The notes under the pieces were generated by a model that worked only from the letters and a program-made list of their open reading frames with translations, was not told the origin of the DNA and did no database searches. A stretch of DNA of 30,919 bases from Patescibacteria group bacterium (GTDB lineage Bacteria > Patescibacteriota > WWE3 > UBA101185 > UBA10185), in NCBI GenBank assembly GCA_022710505.1, contig JAKLGS010000001.1, positions 1-30,919 of the forward strand, in the 5' to 3' direction. Each line of letters opens with the position of its first letter. Position 1 is the stretch's first letter. Shown one piece after another: positions 9,744 through 18,248 of this stretch. A program made the translations under genes and the position numbers.

Positions 9744-10925
9744 TTACTCAGGACCGATAATGGGTGTTACGTTTCCCCAAGGATTGATAATCGTGTAAGG
9801 ATCTGACCCAATTGGAACGACAATTTTATCAGTCTCATCCCATGCTGCAGTGGCTAATTGGAGCATTAAATATTGTGCATATGTTGGGTTTTGCTTCATA
9901 ATCTCAGCTAAAGTAATTTCCCACATATGCTTACTTTGTACTTCAATTTTTGAAGCTTCCAAATTTGTTTGGCTAATTTCAATTTGAAGCTGTGCTTTAA
10001 GAAGCTCGTTTGATTTTTCTGCGTCAATAAGTTCCTTACGAGCTTTCTCAGCTTTTGCTTGAAGCCCTAATGTTATTGCTTCTTGCTCAGCTGTTTCTTG
10101 AATGGATCCTTGTTTGACTCTAATGGAGGCTTGTTCAACTGCAAGTAGTCTTTCTCCTTCAGCAAGTGCTTGTTCCTTCTTTTGAAGTTCCAGCTGAGTG
10201 TCGAACTTGGCTTGAGTAATAGCGTCAAGTTTTGCTGCTACTTCTTTACCAATTAAAATATTTGGAACCACAACGTTTTCCACTTTTAGCCCGCCGTAAT
10301 TTGCCGCTAAAGTGCTAACCGATTCGTCGATACAGGCTCGCAGACTGTCGCGATTAGATCCTACCACAGCCTCTTCGAATGTCCTGTCACCTACGCAGCT
10401 TTTCATTGCTTGTTGTGCTAATTGTTGCATTAGCCCTGCCTCGTCAATCACATACAGCTGCTCGTTCGAGTTGTTTGGGTTAGTTTCAGTATGATATTTA
10501 CCGGCTAAAACACTGTTTCTCAGAAAATATGTTTTATAGCCTACCCAATATTGACCGCCGTTATACTGATAGTAGGTGGTTTTTCCTGATTCAGGCCCTA
10601 CTAAATCGGATAAACCCGGTCTTTGAACGGTTCCGCAAACTACAAATCCAAGTCTTTGTGAATCTTTTGTAAGCACTTCTGGATCAACCGAGCACCAGGC
10701 GAGCTGACTTATGTCAATTTCGTGAAGATCCGCCCAAAGCTTTCCATTAGAATGAATTCCTGGCGGAAGTACGCGTGTGACATTTCCTGCCACAGTTTCC
10801 ACCCCGATTGATTGATCTCCAATAGAGGTCCAGTAATAGCCGAGGAATGTAAATCTTCCTACAATTCCCACGATTACTAGAACAATCGCAGCTACAGCTG
10901 CCCAAACCCACCATTTTATTTTCAT
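9744..10925 (-). CDS. SPFH/band-7 domain membrane protein with long coiled coil
   Basis: N-terminal TM, VLPPGIH, EVLTKDSQRL, VENVVVPNI, Ala/Glu/Lys coiled coil; AGGAG SD. Confidence 0.8.
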   Translation of the reverse strand: MKIKWWVWAAVAAIVLVIVGIVGRFTFLGYYWTSIGDQSIGVETVAGNVTRVLPPGIHSNGKLWADLHEIDISQLAWCSVDPEVLTKDSQRLGFVVCGTVQRPGLSDLVGPESGKTTYYQYNGGQYWVGYKTYFLRNSVLAGKYHTETNPNNSNEQLYVIDEAGLMQQLAQQAMKSCVGDRTFEEAVVGSNRDSLRACIDESVSTLAANYGGLKVENVVVPNILIGKEVAAKLDAITQAKFDTQLELQKKEQALAEGERLLAVEQASIRVKQGSIQETAEQEAITLGLQAKAEKARKELIDAEKSNELLKAQLQIEISQTNLEASKIEVQSKHMWEITLAEIMKQNPTYAQYLMLQLATAAWDETDKIVVPIGSDPYTIINPWGNVTPIIGPE

Positions 10926-10996
10926 TTTTCTCCTTGTCTATTTTTGATTTTCCCTATAATTTTCTAGGGTTAAGTTTTTCTGAACGACATGCTACT

Positions 10997-11131
10997 ATGA
11001 ATTTGTTTGTTAGTCAAATACTACAGGGTGTTATTTTTAACCTACATAATAATGATTTTGACTTAATTAGGATTGAGATACGAGCTTTGGAGAGGAGGGG
11101 AGGTAGGTTGTACAAAGAAGAAGTGAGGTGA
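10997..11131 (+). pseudogene. Remnant 3' end of a second dCMP deaminase-like gene
   Basis: 11074-11121 is 45/48 identical to 9361-9408; EIRALERRGGRLYKEE vs EIRALDRRGGRLYKED. Confidence 0.7.
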
Positions 11132-11141
11132 TGAAAAAACT

Positions 11142-11179
11142 TAAGGGCTAGTTGAATTTTTTTATTCATCCAGCCCTTA
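11142..11179. terminator. Hairpin after the deaminase remnant
   Basis: TAAGGGCT / AGCCCTTA outer stem and TGAAT / ATTCA inner stem. Confidence 0.6.
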
Positions 11180-11198
11180 TTATTCAGTTTTATTGGAT

Positions 11199-11390
11199 TT
11201 ATTCCTCGTAAAGTATAAAAATTACTATCCAAGGTCCGCGAACAGCAGTTTTAAAATCTAATATTTTCAATTTTTCCCCCATTTTTTGAAACCACAGGTT
11301 CATTTCCTCTTCAACGATTTGGTTCTGGGTACCCTCTTCATTCACGCCGTCGATACCCAAAAATACACTGAAAGTTTTCACTCGTTTCAT
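11199..11390 (-). CDS. 63-aa Cse60-like small protein
   Basis: AGGAG SD; VKTF...VEEEMNLWF...IFILYEE pattern. Confidence 0.65.
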   Translation of the reverse strand: MKRVKTFSVFLGIDGVNEEGTQNQIVEEEMNLWFQKMGEKLKILDFKTAVRGPWIVIFILYEE

Positions 11391-11411
11391 TTATTTCTCC
11401 TTCTTCAATTA

Positions 11412-12560
11412 TCAATTATTTAGATTATCCCATACATCGATAGCTTTATCTAGACTCGAGTAAAAATCTTGTCCTATAATATCTGAAACCCCATCTTTTT
11501 TTGCTTTTAACCATTCTTTGGTGTCTTTGAGGAAAAAAATGACTTCTTCTGCAGGATAGTTTAGATTATTCAAAGCCATTGCTATTCTTACTATTCTGCA
11601 TTTTATACATGACCCGCACTGAGATGGGTTTTGAAGTATAAAATTTGGTGTCTTTTCTAGCCACTTTTTTCTCAAGTTCTTTCTTGCAAAAGGAGGAGAG
11701 AAGCAATTTGAAATCGTTGGAACTGATCGTGGCCAATATTTTATCAAGTCAGCTAAACATTCGACATCGTCGGCATCTTCCCACTCGACTTTTATCGGAC
11801 TACCAATCAGTTCTTCGATTTTTTTGTTATAAAGTTTCCATGACGATTCGGTCTCAGTAAATTGATAATTTTGATCTTGTTTCCCCATGTTACCTTCAAT
11901 AACTATCCTTGAAGCACCAAATTCCAGTGCAATTGGAATTATCAAGGAGGTTATAAACATGTCTCTCGATCTCATAACTGACTTACCTGAAATTCTGCTA
12001 CCATTTTTCAGTTTAACAATTTTCAGTTGCGGAAAATCACGAAGCGTTTTTCTTTGTGCCAGAGTATCTTTTTCTTCTTGTGCGGATACGCTTCTATTTA
12101 TACCTGCAATATGAACGGCTAGAACGTTATCTATTCCCAAAGATTTGGTCATTCTCCATACGTTCCATAAAGAATCTTTACCTCCAGAGAATGCTACCAC
12201 GGCTTTTCTGTCAGTTAGTTTGTACTCTAGCAGATTTGGTGTGGTTTCTTGCTCAATATCAAAATACTTAATCTTTGGGATAGCTCTTTTATTGAATGCG
12301 TACATCGCTTGTACAATCTCAAATACCTCTGGAATCAGAAGAAAATTTATCCTAATAACATTTGGAAAAGAATTTGCGACAAGATGCATCAGACCGAAAT
12401 TCTTAAATAAGCTTCTAGAAAGAGTGTTATTAGGGTATTCAATGTAAGCAACATCAAGATTGTTACTGGGTTTTACAATACTTAATGATTGTGTTTCATC
12501 ATCGTCAACCATTCTCAACGAATACTCATTAGATAGTATCGTTACCTCTTTATTTTCCAT
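11412..12560 (-). CDS. QueC-like PP-loop ATPase with Zn-binding C-terminus and N-terminal extension
   Basis: AVVAFSGGKDS PP-loop, SRDMF (QueC RN-like), SNCF...CGSCIKCR; AGGAG SD. Confidence 0.75.
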   Translation of the reverse strand: MENKEVTILSNEYSLRMVDDDETQSLSIVKPSNNLDVAYIEYPNNTLSRSLFKNFGLMHLVANSFPNVIRINFLLIPEVFEIVQAMYAFNKRAIPKIKYFDIEQETTPNLLEYKLTDRKAVVAFSGGKDSLWNVWRMTKSLGIDNVLAVHIAGINRSVSAQEEKDTLAQRKTLRDFPQLKIVKLKNGSRISGKSVMRSRDMFITSLIIPIALEFGASRIVIEGNMGKQDQNYQFTETESSWKLYNKKIEELIGSPIKVEWEDADDVECLADLIKYWPRSVPTISNCFSPPFARKNLRKKWLEKTPNFILQNPSQCGSCIKCRIVRIAMALNNLNYPAEEVIFFLKDTKEWLKAKKDGVSDIIGQDFYSSLDKAIDVWDNLNN

Positions 12561-12592
12561 TTTCTCTCCTTTATATTTAATTTTTTTTATTA

Positions 12593-13117
12593 TTGTTCAC
12601 GATTTTACTTTTAAAGGGTTGTTATGTCAAAAGTAACAGAATTGAATATTTTCTAAACCACGAAGAGGGCACTTGCATAAAACCCTATAGTGTTGCCAAA
12701 AAGAACGAATTGGCGTACCTAGAAAGTTCCAAGTACGTAAGGGAGCTGTTACCTCTCGAATACGGCGAGACGGTGGACGGGGGCCAGGAATATTGGACTC
12801 CTGTAATTTCCGATCGGAGCGAGGGTCTTTTGGAAGATTTGCGTCTCACTCCTTTCGTTAGGCAGCTCAAAGAAACCTCTCCGTTCATCGAAATTGTAAT
12901 GATGGAACTCTCAGGAGAGGCGAACAACGAGGGTTCGTTTTCAATTGAGAGTAGTAAGCCTTTGCAGCTTCCTTCTCCAAACCTCCAGATTTTAGAGAAG
13001 GAGTTCGGTTGCGAAGTCTACATAGAGGGGAAAAAGTTAACTGTCTGCTTTAAAAATTTGGAAAGGGATTACCGAGAGGTGATTGCCTTCAAAGCAGGGG
13101 TTATCCTTATGTCATAA
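12593..13117 (+). CDS. Hypothetical protein; start uncertain
   Basis: 174-aa ORF with TTG start; weak similarity to 14455-15132. Confidence 0.6.
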   Translation: MFTILLLKGCYVKSNRIEYFLNHEEGTCIKPYSVAKKNELAYLESSKYVRELLPLEYGETVDGGQEYWTPVISDRSEGLLEDLRLTPFVRQLKETSPFIEIVMMELSGEANNEGSFSIESSKPLQLPSPNLQILEKEFGCEVYIEGKKLTVCFKNLERDYREVIAFKAGVILMS

Positions 13118-13130
13118 AATGCATGTTAAG

Positions 13131-13175
13131 ATGGGACCCAACACATATAAATTTTATGTAGCGGGTCCTTTTTTT
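13131..13175 (+). terminator. Conserved hairpin plus T-tract, copy 1
   Basis: GGACCC..ACATA / TATGT..GGGTCC then T7; 35/40 identical to 15152-15191. Confidence 0.75.
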
Positions 13176-13342
13176 GTTTTTCTGATAACATAATTACAAA
13201 ATATTTGTAATTTGATAATATTAGTTATGTATGCATAAAAGAATTTGCAATCTCGTGAATAGAATTAATTTTGGTAGGAGATTTGTGATAATATTTTTTC
13301 TACTTTTTTTCACTTACGCAATTATCTAATCACCGTAATAAC

Positions 13343-14332
13343 TTAATCAATCTCGAACTCAATCTTCTCACTTTTTGCACTCGTGCCGTACTTGTCGTAT
13401 GCTTTAGCATAAAATTCGTAATCACCGTCGTCACTTCTGAATAAATATATGTAGTTATCGTTGTAATTTATTGAGTCTCCCTTATAACAGACTTTGACTT
13501 CTTCTAATCCTTTTTTCATCCTTACGTCGTAAAGATATTTATCTCCAGCCATTATAAAAATGTATCCTTCAGAAAATCCGCAAGATGACTTTGTCGTATC
13601 AAATTTTTTGTAATGTCTGTAAGTGTATCCAATGTCATTGTCATCGTATTTATCCTCTAGATAGTCAGAAGCAATGTTTATCCCTCTATCACCTTCTCCA
13701 GGATCCCATCCCTCTGTATCTTTATCATAAAGTGCTCGGTATTGAACAGTTTTTTCTTTTTCCCCATTTATATAGAATTCTACATAAGATATTCCACCAA
13801 TATTATCCTCTGCGGTTAGCGATAGATTTATGGGGTCATCCTCCGAAAATGTTCTGTCTTTGTATCCCCAAGATGTTAGTTTTATTGACGGCTTATCATT
13901 ATTTTCAGGAATTGCTTTTTCTGGTTCAGATACCTTTTCTTCGATTATGGGAGTCTCTTTATTAACAGTTATATCCGGTTGATTTTTTACGGTTGTTTCA
14001 GTAGTACTTGGTTTGGTGGTTTCTGTGCTATTCGATTGTGAAAGGAGTGTACCGAAGGCATTTTGTGAATTTGATGCTTCATCTAAATTTTCTATAATCT
14101 CTTTATTTTTACCCATGTTTACTAATTTTTTTGTTTTATCGAAAATTAAAAATTTGTAGGTAAAAAATCCTAATGTTATAAAAAATACAAGTCCTAAGAA
14201 TAGTGATAGCCATTTGAAATTCGTGGCTTTACGGGGTTTTTCTGGTTCAACAGTGTTATTAGTATCAATGATGTCTGTCGTTTTGTTAGTAATATCGATA
14301 TTATCCATTTTATTTATTATACAACTTACCAA
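13343..14332 (-). CDS. Membrane-anchored extracellular protein with Ig-like domain
   Basis: TM, Thr/Glu-rich linker, LSLTAEDNIGGISYVEFYING ... YEFYAKAYDKYG. Confidence 0.7.
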   Translation of the reverse strand: MVSCIINKMDNIDITNKTTDIIDTNNTVEPEKPRKATNFKWLSLFLGLVFFITLGFFTYKFLIFDKTKKLVNMGKNKEIIENLDEASNSQNAFGTLLSQSNSTETTKPSTTETTVKNQPDITVNKETPIIEEKVSEPEKAIPENNDKPSIKLTSWGYKDRTFSEDDPINLSLTAEDNIGGISYVEFYINGEKEKTVQYRALYDKDTEGWDPGEGDRGINIASDYLEDKYDDNDIGYTYRHYKKFDTTKSSCGFSEGYIFIMAGDKYLYDVRMKKGLEEVKVCYKGDSINYNDNYIYLFRSDDGDYEFYAKAYDKYGTSAKSEKIEFEID

Positions 14333-14454
14333 CCGTAGTGGGTTGGTTGTACGGATTCACTAGTTGCAATAGAACCCATAGTGTGTTATTATTTTGCTAA
14401 ATACTTAATCACTCTTCAAAATAAAGAGTGTCCAAAGGATCACCAAGAGGAAAA

Positions 14455-15132
14455 ATGGAAAGAAACAAAGAAGATTTTGAAAATTTTTGTCAATTTGTCT
14501 GCGAATACAGGGAAGAGATGACCAAAATTCTGGTTCTACAGAACGGGGGAGTTGTTGTCACCGGAATAATTTCATGTGTCGAAAAACTAAAGCCTGCAGT
14601 AATTAAGGCTTTAGAAAAGGCGCGCAAAGAATATCTTATGGGCTATAGTTATCAAGGCAATAAGATTGCATTCTGGCGCACCGGTGAAGAGGGGACTTTT
14701 GATCCTTATACAGAGGAGGGTATTATGGATTTTAGAGATCCTCCGGACGAAGATTTTTTAGATGAGGTACAACGTGCCTTGTCGCAGTCCCAATTTATCG
14801 AGGTAATTGTGGACCACCTAGAGGGTTACAGTATCCCAGATAAACTTACCATAAAGGTGGGAAATACACCAGGAGAGCCCCCTTTCATAAAAAATAAGGA
14901 GGTTTGGATGGTGAGTGTATCTCCTAAGGGGGTAATTTATAATCTTGATACACCCTTTATAGGAGATCTGAGAGGAGATTTGAATAGTGCCTCTCTTAAG
15001 TTTCTAGAGTCTTACTCACCACCTTGGGTTGACTTTTTCGTCGATACCGTCGAAGTGAGCATACCGGAATGTCCCTCCGCGATGCTTTTCGAAATGGCGG
15101 GTAAAACTGCCAGGATATTCATGGGCTGTTAG
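14455..15132 (+). CDS. Hypothetical protein
   Basis: ATG 14455 after AGAGG; 225 aa. Confidence 0.7.
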   Translation: MERNKEDFENFCQFVCEYREEMTKILVLQNGGVVVTGIISCVEKLKPAVIKALEKARKEYLMGYSYQGNKIAFWRTGEEGTFDPYTEEGIMDFRDPPDEDFLDEVQRALSQSQFIEVIVDHLEGYSIPDKLTIKVGNTPGEPPFIKNKEVWMVSVSPKGVIYNLDTPFIGDLRGDLNSASLKFLESYSPPWVDFFVDTVEVSIPECPSAMLFEMAGKTARIFMGC

Positions 15133-15151
15133 TAGAAAATTTTTTTCAAAA

Positions 15152-15198
15152 ATGGGACCCAATACATATTTATTTTATGTAAAGGGTCCTTATTTTTT
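15152..15198 (+). terminator. Conserved hairpin plus T-tract, copy 2
   Basis: Near-identical to 13131-13170. Confidence 0.7.
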
Positions 15199-15397
15199 TA
15201 ATTTAAAAATAAAATTACTAAATATTTTTATAAAAATTTAGAAGATGCATATTATTTAAGGTAAAAAAAGGTTATTTTTAAGATTACTGACGAGATTGGA
15301 TAGTTAATAAGAAAGGATCAGTTCATACCTTATTTCCAACCAGAATTTTATTACCAAGAAATATTGAAAAAGCTAGAACATAACTTATACTAATTTT

Positions 15398-16426
15398 ATG
15401 CAAGGTGGCTTTAATATTTTAGAAGTTACAGGTGATTACACACAGGTTGGTAGTGCCATAGGTAAGAAATTTAAAGATACCGTCCAGAAAAGAATTCAAC
15501 TTAGGCGCGAAAAAATTCCAAACTACTCATCATATTTAGATCGATGCCAAGAATATTTCTAAATTACGCAAAAAAAAATTTCCCCACTTGGTTGATGAAT
15601 TAGTCGCAATAGCCACTTGTGCCGAGGTACCCGTAATGGAGTACTTTTTTCACAACAATCGAGATTTGTATGATTTTTTTTGTAACGAAAAAGGAAAAAA
15701 AATACAAACATTTCATCTGCAGGATTATCCGATCACTGTACTGTTGCTGTTTCTTTTAATGAGGATGGTGCAATTATAGGGTACAATGAGGATTGGCTTT
15801 TGTCAGCAGTTGCCGATTATTATTTATTAAAAGCAGAAATTAACGGTATTAAATTTATAACTTTAGCCGCAAAGACACTGCTCGCAGGAGATTCCGCGGG
15901 CATGAATACTTTTGGTCTATGTCAATGTATCAATGAATTGCATTCGGAATCGAAGGTAGGTGTCCCAAAAAATTTCGTGGCACGGGCTATTTTGGAAAGT
16001 AAATCGTTAAATGCCGCTGAGGAGCTTATTAGAAATACCCCCAAGGCCAGTGGTTTTAACCACGTGTTAGTTCAGGGCCACGAGGTAAGAAATGTAGAAA
16101 TTGCTGGAGCAAAAATAGGGGTTTCAAGTTATATAAATCAGCCTTTTGTACACACTAATCATTATCTTTCACCTGCTTTACAAAAATTCGAAAATTTCAA
16201 AACTATTAATTCTGTTGAGAGGTATGAAAGGGCTTCACATCTTACAAATATGGGTATGACTGTAAAAGATATGATATTGCTTCTACAAGATCACCGGAAC
16301 GAAGAAAATCCCATATGTAGTCATGATTTTACACTAGGAGCTCTTGTTTTTGATCTGCCCAAAAAGGAAGCATATGTTTGCTACGGTACTCCCTGTAAAG
16401 GTATTTTTAATAAATATTATCTGTAG
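15398..16426 (+). pseudogene. Disrupted C45-family (isopenicillin N acyltransferase-like Ntn) hydrolase
   Basis: ATG 15398; in-frame TAA 15560; middle segment FPHLVDELVAIA is in another frame; DHCT...YNEDW and HTNHY are in the 15800 frame; frame changes fall near A9 (15570-15578) and A8 (15695-15702). Confidence 0.8.
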
Positions 16427-16587
16427 TAGTTACTATGAAAAACTAACTGTCTTGTGTAAGGTTCCGTAGCGAATTTCAGCTAAATACCTAGGCTGTAGTT
16501 ATTAGTAGAACTGTTTAAGCAATAATTAATTGACGATATTTATATAAATATTCAAAAAAATGCATCACTCTGATAAACTTTCAAGAA

Positions 16588-16926
16588 GTGCGTTCAAAAA
16601 AACACTATCTCCAAAACAAAGAAATTTCCAGAGATATCATTTTAGAGGGTCTTAAATCCTTTTGTGAGTTTTATGGTGTTAGATATTGTAAGCTAGCTAT
16701 AAGAAATCAAAAAACGAAATGGGGAAGTTGTTCCAAATCCGGTAATTTGAACTTTAACTACATAGTTGCTTTCTTGCCTAAAGAGCAAAGAGACTACATT
16801 ATTGCTCACGAAGTATGCCACTTAACTGAGTTTAATCATTCAAAAAGATTTTGGGATGCGGTCGGAAAAACAATTCCAAATTACAGAGAAATTAGAAAAG
16901 AAATTAAATCTATTAGAATTTACTAA
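16588..16926 (+). CDS. YgjP/DUF45-like (M48/SprT-type) metal-dependent hydrolase, short form
   Basis: RNQKTKWGSCS..GNLNFN, AHEVCH (HExxH), NHSKRFW. Confidence 0.88.
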   Translation: MRSKKHYLQNKEISRDIILEGLKSFCEFYGVRYCKLAIRNQKTKWGSCSKSGNLNFNYIVAFLPKEQRDYIIAHEVCHLTEFNHSKRFWDAVGKTIPNYREIRKEIKSIRIY

Positions 16927-17099
16927 AATTTTCTAAAAAGGAGTTCGTTTATTATCTTTAGTAATAAAAAATCCCTCTCAGTTTTATTGGGTGGGGAGGG
17001 GGGAAATTAAATTTATTTTGTGTTTATGTAATTCTTGGGGTCGCTTACAGGTTAGTAATAGAACTGTATGTGCTATAAAAAAATTTTTAGTAAAAAAGA

Positions 17100-17146
17100 A
17101 AACCGCCTTGGGGGATTGTGTTTATCACACTCCCTTACAGCGGTTT
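17100..17146. terminator. Terminator-like hairpin downstream of the 91-aa ORF
   Basis: AAACCGC / GCGGTTT outer stem with an inner GC-rich stem; upstream A-rich run gives a U-rich tail on the minus strand. Confidence 0.55.
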
Positions 17147-17169
17147 GTTAAGTACTAGATCGAAAAGGT

Positions 17170-17445
17170 TTAGTCGCAAAGACGAGCTGTTACCCCGATC
17201 ACATAACATGAGTCTTTGCCAGTTTTTCCATCGTATCCTGGAATTGGTGCTTCCGTGATTTGTTTAAATGCTTCGGAGACCCTGGTGGTCATTTTGGATC
17301 TACTTACTGGGTTCACCCCGTCGTAATTTTTCTTCCACCAATTGTGAAAGCTTCTCCAAGCTTTCTTGATTTCTGGTGGGTACAACTTATGAACGTCATC
17401 CGTTATCGGAATTCCATATGGTGGTACACCCATCCCACTGCACAT
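17170..17445 (-). CDS. Hypothetical 91-aa protein
   Basis: Strong SD AAGGAGG, consensus promoter and terminator. Confidence 0.75.
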   Translation of the reverse strand: MCSGMGVPPYGIPITDDVHKLYPPEIKKAWRSFHNWWKKNYDGVNPVSRSKMTTRVSEAFKQITEAPIPGYDGKTGKDSCYVIGVTARLCD

Positions 17446-17481
17446 CGTAAACCTCCTTTTGGTTTTAGTTGATTGGCTGGA

Positions 17482-17510
17482 ATTATAGCTTAACGTGCCT
17501 TTTGTGTCAA
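17482..17510 (-). promoter_or_regulatory. Perfect sigma70 consensus promoter
   Basis: Minus strand TTGACA-N17-TATAAT. Confidence 0.85.
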
Positions 17511-17524
17511 ATACTACAGGATAC

Positions 17525-17546
17525 TTGGGGTGGTTGACGGGTCTCG
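17525..17546 (-). repeat. att core copy (tRNA-His 3' end duplicate)
   Basis: TTGGGGTGGTTGACGGGTCTCG identical to 24961-24982. Confidence 0.95.
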
Positions 17547-17659
17547 GTCACGCGTCTTAACATCTTGTATATCGCTTCGCTCACACAATCTGTAAAGCTC
17601 GCGACCCCATCTCCTTCGCTCATTTCATTCGCTCAGTCCGATATTCTCGCCCCGTCAAC
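17533..17659 (-). other. Branched hairpin module fused to the att copy
   Basis: GTTGACGGG / CCCGTCAAC closing stem; GGUCGCG/CGUGACC stem; three TGAGCGAA motifs on the minus strand. Confidence 0.7.
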
Positions 17660-17873
17660 AAGAAAGTCCGTTAACCACACAAGGTGATTATCCGACTTCC
17701 TGGGGTCGCTAATGGATGCTAACTTGAACCACTTATTCAGAGATTTCAAGGTTCTAACTGAGTTAATTTCATATATCTAACTACTTATTTTGGGTTACAT
17801 TGGAGAGACAGAAAAGTATTCCGCGTATATTATTTACTCTTTTTAGATAATGCCATTAATTTTTAACTGATGT

Positions 17874-18248
17874 TTATTTTATTGGGTATGTGTTAATACA
17901 GTTAGTCATAAATTTAGTTTTAAATGCTGCTGTAGTTGGATCGTTTGATTCGTCATACACTCCGTCGTAACTGAACGTGATTGCTTGTTGTGTATTACAT
18001 ATCCCCGTGTAAGGGCAACCTTTAATCATTTTACTTATGATATCGAGCATTTCTTTTTGCTTTTTATCATACTTTGATAGGCAGTATCTAGTTGCTTCTT
18101 CTTTTTTATTTTCCTTTTCTTTAAGTAATAACTCTTGCTTTTTTTCCTCTGCTTTTCTTGGGGAGTAAATTACCAGGTAGAAGAAGAAAGAACTAGCTAA
18201 CATGAGAGCAGATATTGAAAGTATGACTATTAAAAACTTATCCTTCAT
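17874..18248 (-). CDS. Hypothetical membrane-anchored cargo protein
   Basis: N-terminal TM, charged coil, four Cys. Confidence 0.7.
   Translation of the reverse strand: MKDKFLIVILSISALMLASSFFFYLVIYSPRKAEEKKQELLLKEKENKKEEATRYCLSKYDKKQKEMLDIISKMIKGCPYTGICNTQQAITFSYDGVYDESNDPTTAAFKTKFMTNCINTYPIK

Noticed and set aside
11199-12560. Complete Dpd, Qat or CBASS system
   Set aside because: Only the QueC-like gene is present; no partner genes recognised.
12624-12632. Possible frameshift: ATG 12624 plus one extra A in the A4 run would give MSKSNRIEY...
   Set aside because: The in-frame TTG start explains the ORF; cannot be decided without reads or homologs.
17036-17045. TGGGGTCGCT copy outside the element (matches 17701-17710, resembles the att start)
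   Set aside because: Only 10 bp with no flanking similarity; may be chance, so not called as a degenerate att.
17547-17650. Intron-containing second tRNA-His
   Set aside because: No 5' half, D-arm or anticodon arm is present beyond the hairpin module; only the 3' 22 bp match.
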